A stretch of 64,000 nucleotides of DNA, taken from the NCBI RefSeq assembly GCF_040938485.1, contig NW_027271056.1, forward strand, positions 3,410,001 to 3,474,000. The letters are read 5' to 3'. The translations under genes and the position numbers were made by a program. Each line of letters opens with the position of its first letter. Position 1 is the first letter of the stretch. Below are positions 61,813 to 64,000 of the stretch, one piece after another. A model generated the notes under the pieces. It was given only the letters and a program-made list of their open reading frames with translations. It was not told the origin of the DNA and did not search any database. The stretch comes from Diadema antillarum. Taxonomy: Eukaryota.

Positions 61813-63701
61813 AAAACTCAAAATGACGTCACGCTCGATGGCAGCTACGGTAAACTTTCTATACAGAAGGCGCGAAAATTGAACCGAACTCATTTTCAAG
61901 ATTTTGTCCGCCAAAATCAAGGCATCAGTGACATAGAGCGGAAGAGGAGACTGTCGTCACGGGTCATAGCTCAGCTTCCTGTCTGTTCACCCTGGTGTCA
62001 TTGGTCGAGCCCTCTAGATCATGGCTACCTCTTTGGTCAAGGGAGATGAAGAGCGTTTATCGCGGTGGAATTGTTACGACTCTCTGGACGTGTCTCGTTC
62101 AAGTTTCCCGCGAAATACGAGAAACTGAAGGAAGAGAGAGATATTATGCTCCTCACCTCTGCCTGGGTCATAGAAAACAGAATAAGGCACAACATTGAAG
62201 TATATATAGGCAATTGGACTTGGTATATAAGACTCCAAGAAAACTGTTCATCTAAAGTTAGTACAAAGGGAGGAGATGAGACAGTGTCCGTTCTCTGGGA
62301 TGCTTTTATGACATTTTTTAACAATTGTCAAGATGACAACGAGGATGCCGTTTTGACGATAATTTGTAAGGCGATCGTGAGGCATCTAAGTGAAAGCTTT
62401 ATTATTTCCCTCACCCGCCATTCTTCAATTGGCAATAGCAGTGATTATGATTCATCAGAAACAGTGTCCAGTCTGATCAGGATCAAGTTACGATATTGTG
62501 CATGATATCAGGGTGGCAGGTGAGTGTAATTGTTATTGGTAGTTGGTATCTTCACAAATTGAGCGGAGTCGAAACTGATGGCAACTGGAGTGTATGTGAT
62601 GTTCAAAACAAGAGAAAGCTATACGGTGAGTATATACTTGTAAAGCCACATGCTGTGAGGTCTCGCCGCATCCATGGCTGGGACAGCATCTCATCCCGGC
62701 ATGGCATCCCGTCGCATGTTAATCGGACGAACATGTCGAGACAATCTCTTCCATCATTCATCTCGTCCCCAGTGCGGCAAGAGCCAAAATTGGAGTCTTC
62801 ATTTCCAGGTGTCCATGCGTGTCAGACGCCGGGCAATCGCATACATCGGGGAGGAAGGACTAGACACTTTGTCGCTGACTCTTCTCATCTATGCGGACCG
62901 ACAGGTAGACTGATCTCCCCGTCAGGTACCCGAGGACGGAGAAATGAATAAACCACGCGTTGTGTCTCTTCGTCTTCACTCGGCTCGTTAGGCGAGCATT
63001 GTCGGGAGAGTTCACCACTCCGGATCGACCCTTCCTCCTCGCAGGGGTCAACATTCTCCGGCCCGTTTAACTCATCCGCTGCCATTCCCAGATATCGTCC
63101 CGGATACCATGCAGGTTTGGCGTCGTCATTTGACCGTGCCTTCCTAGTGATTTCATGAATCTATTGACCATCTAGACTAATTTTTCTTTTTCACCAAGGG
63201 GGCATGACCTATTACAGTTTTCAAAAAGCCCATTGAATCCACAATAGTATCCATTTTCACAGAAGTAGAAGATATAAAGTTGATTGCTGTTTTTCGACAA
63301 CGTATAGTTATCCGTCTCTTGCAAACCCTCCCTAATCTCCACAACATGTAATCTCTATGATAAACTGTTTAAAAATGAAGTATTTACAATTTCAGATCAG
63401 CAGATCTTGATGATGAGGAGAACGAATCCATTCTTCCATTTATATCCCCTAAAATTGACTTAGTGGACTTCCGGTTGCCTTTAGATGAACCATTTCTCCC
63501 CTCTCGCGTCTCTGTGCGTAATATGTTTGCAAAATGAATTATATTCAGCCTGAGCTACTGCTTCTTCTTTTTTCTTTGCACACTTGCACACTATTGCAAA
63601 GAATGCATAGATCCTTACATTAATTTTGTGATTCAAACCACAAAACCCGTAGGCCTACGCTCACACGTAGGTCTATTTGAGATTCTTCTCTATCATTTTC
63701 C

Positions 63702-63829
63702 TAGCCTTTTGTCAAGGCCCTCTCGCTGTATGGTGAAGAGAGCCCAGCTGAGTGGGGTTGCGTGCTGTCGGGCTCGGCTGGGCTCGCTTCGCTCGCCCAT
63801 TACAGCGAGAGGGCCTTGACAGAAGGCTA
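63702..63829. mobile_element. 128-bp mini-MITE with TAG..CTA termini
   Basis: TAGCCTTTTGTCAAGGCCCTCTCGCTGTA vs the reverse complement of the right end (1 mismatch); flanks TCATTTTCC / TCATTTTTA. Confidence 0.8.
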
Positions 63830-64000
63830 TCATTTTTACAGAACCACAGATCTGCCTTGCTTGTAGATAAAAACTAATGCAAGTTAGCAATTCGACATAG
63901 AACATTTCCAATCGTACTTTTCGCAACAAAGTAGACACATTAGTGTCATATTGAGATATTGTATTGTATATAATATCTAACAGAACGGAGGCAATGTTTG

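Overview
AT-rich animal genomic DNA with spliceosomal introns and two assembly gaps. The repeat inventory looks like an invertebrate deuterostome such as an echinoderm (inference). The only confidently identified gene is the 3' two-thirds of an M1-family zinc aminopeptidase (aminopeptidase N / glutamyl aminopeptidase-like) on the + strand: 13 GT-AG exons from 744 to 19392, 577 codons plus stop. Its HEXXH exon lies upstream of the window. The introns and the gene-poor ~44 kb downstream are packed with non-autonomous elements: Kolobok/T2-type MITEs (TTAA), Tigger/Tc1-like MITEs (TA), CACTA/EnSpm MITEs (2-bp TSD), hAT/MULE-like MITEs, Helentron/DINE-like elements and tRNA-derived repeats, with two clear nested insertions. 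The most striking features are: (1) an intronic Penelope-like retroelement relic with an inverted 153-bp terminal duplication, carrying two hammerhead-ribozyme motifs that are each damaged at a different core position; (2) a 300-bp terminally redundant unit with a tRNA-like cassette and its own Pol III terminator, nested in a MITE; (3) recurring palindromic sites of unknown function; (4) a possible uORF-rich first exon near 44 kb; and (5) several decayed reading frames I cannot name. No CRISPR array, rRNA gene or intact tRNA gene was seen.
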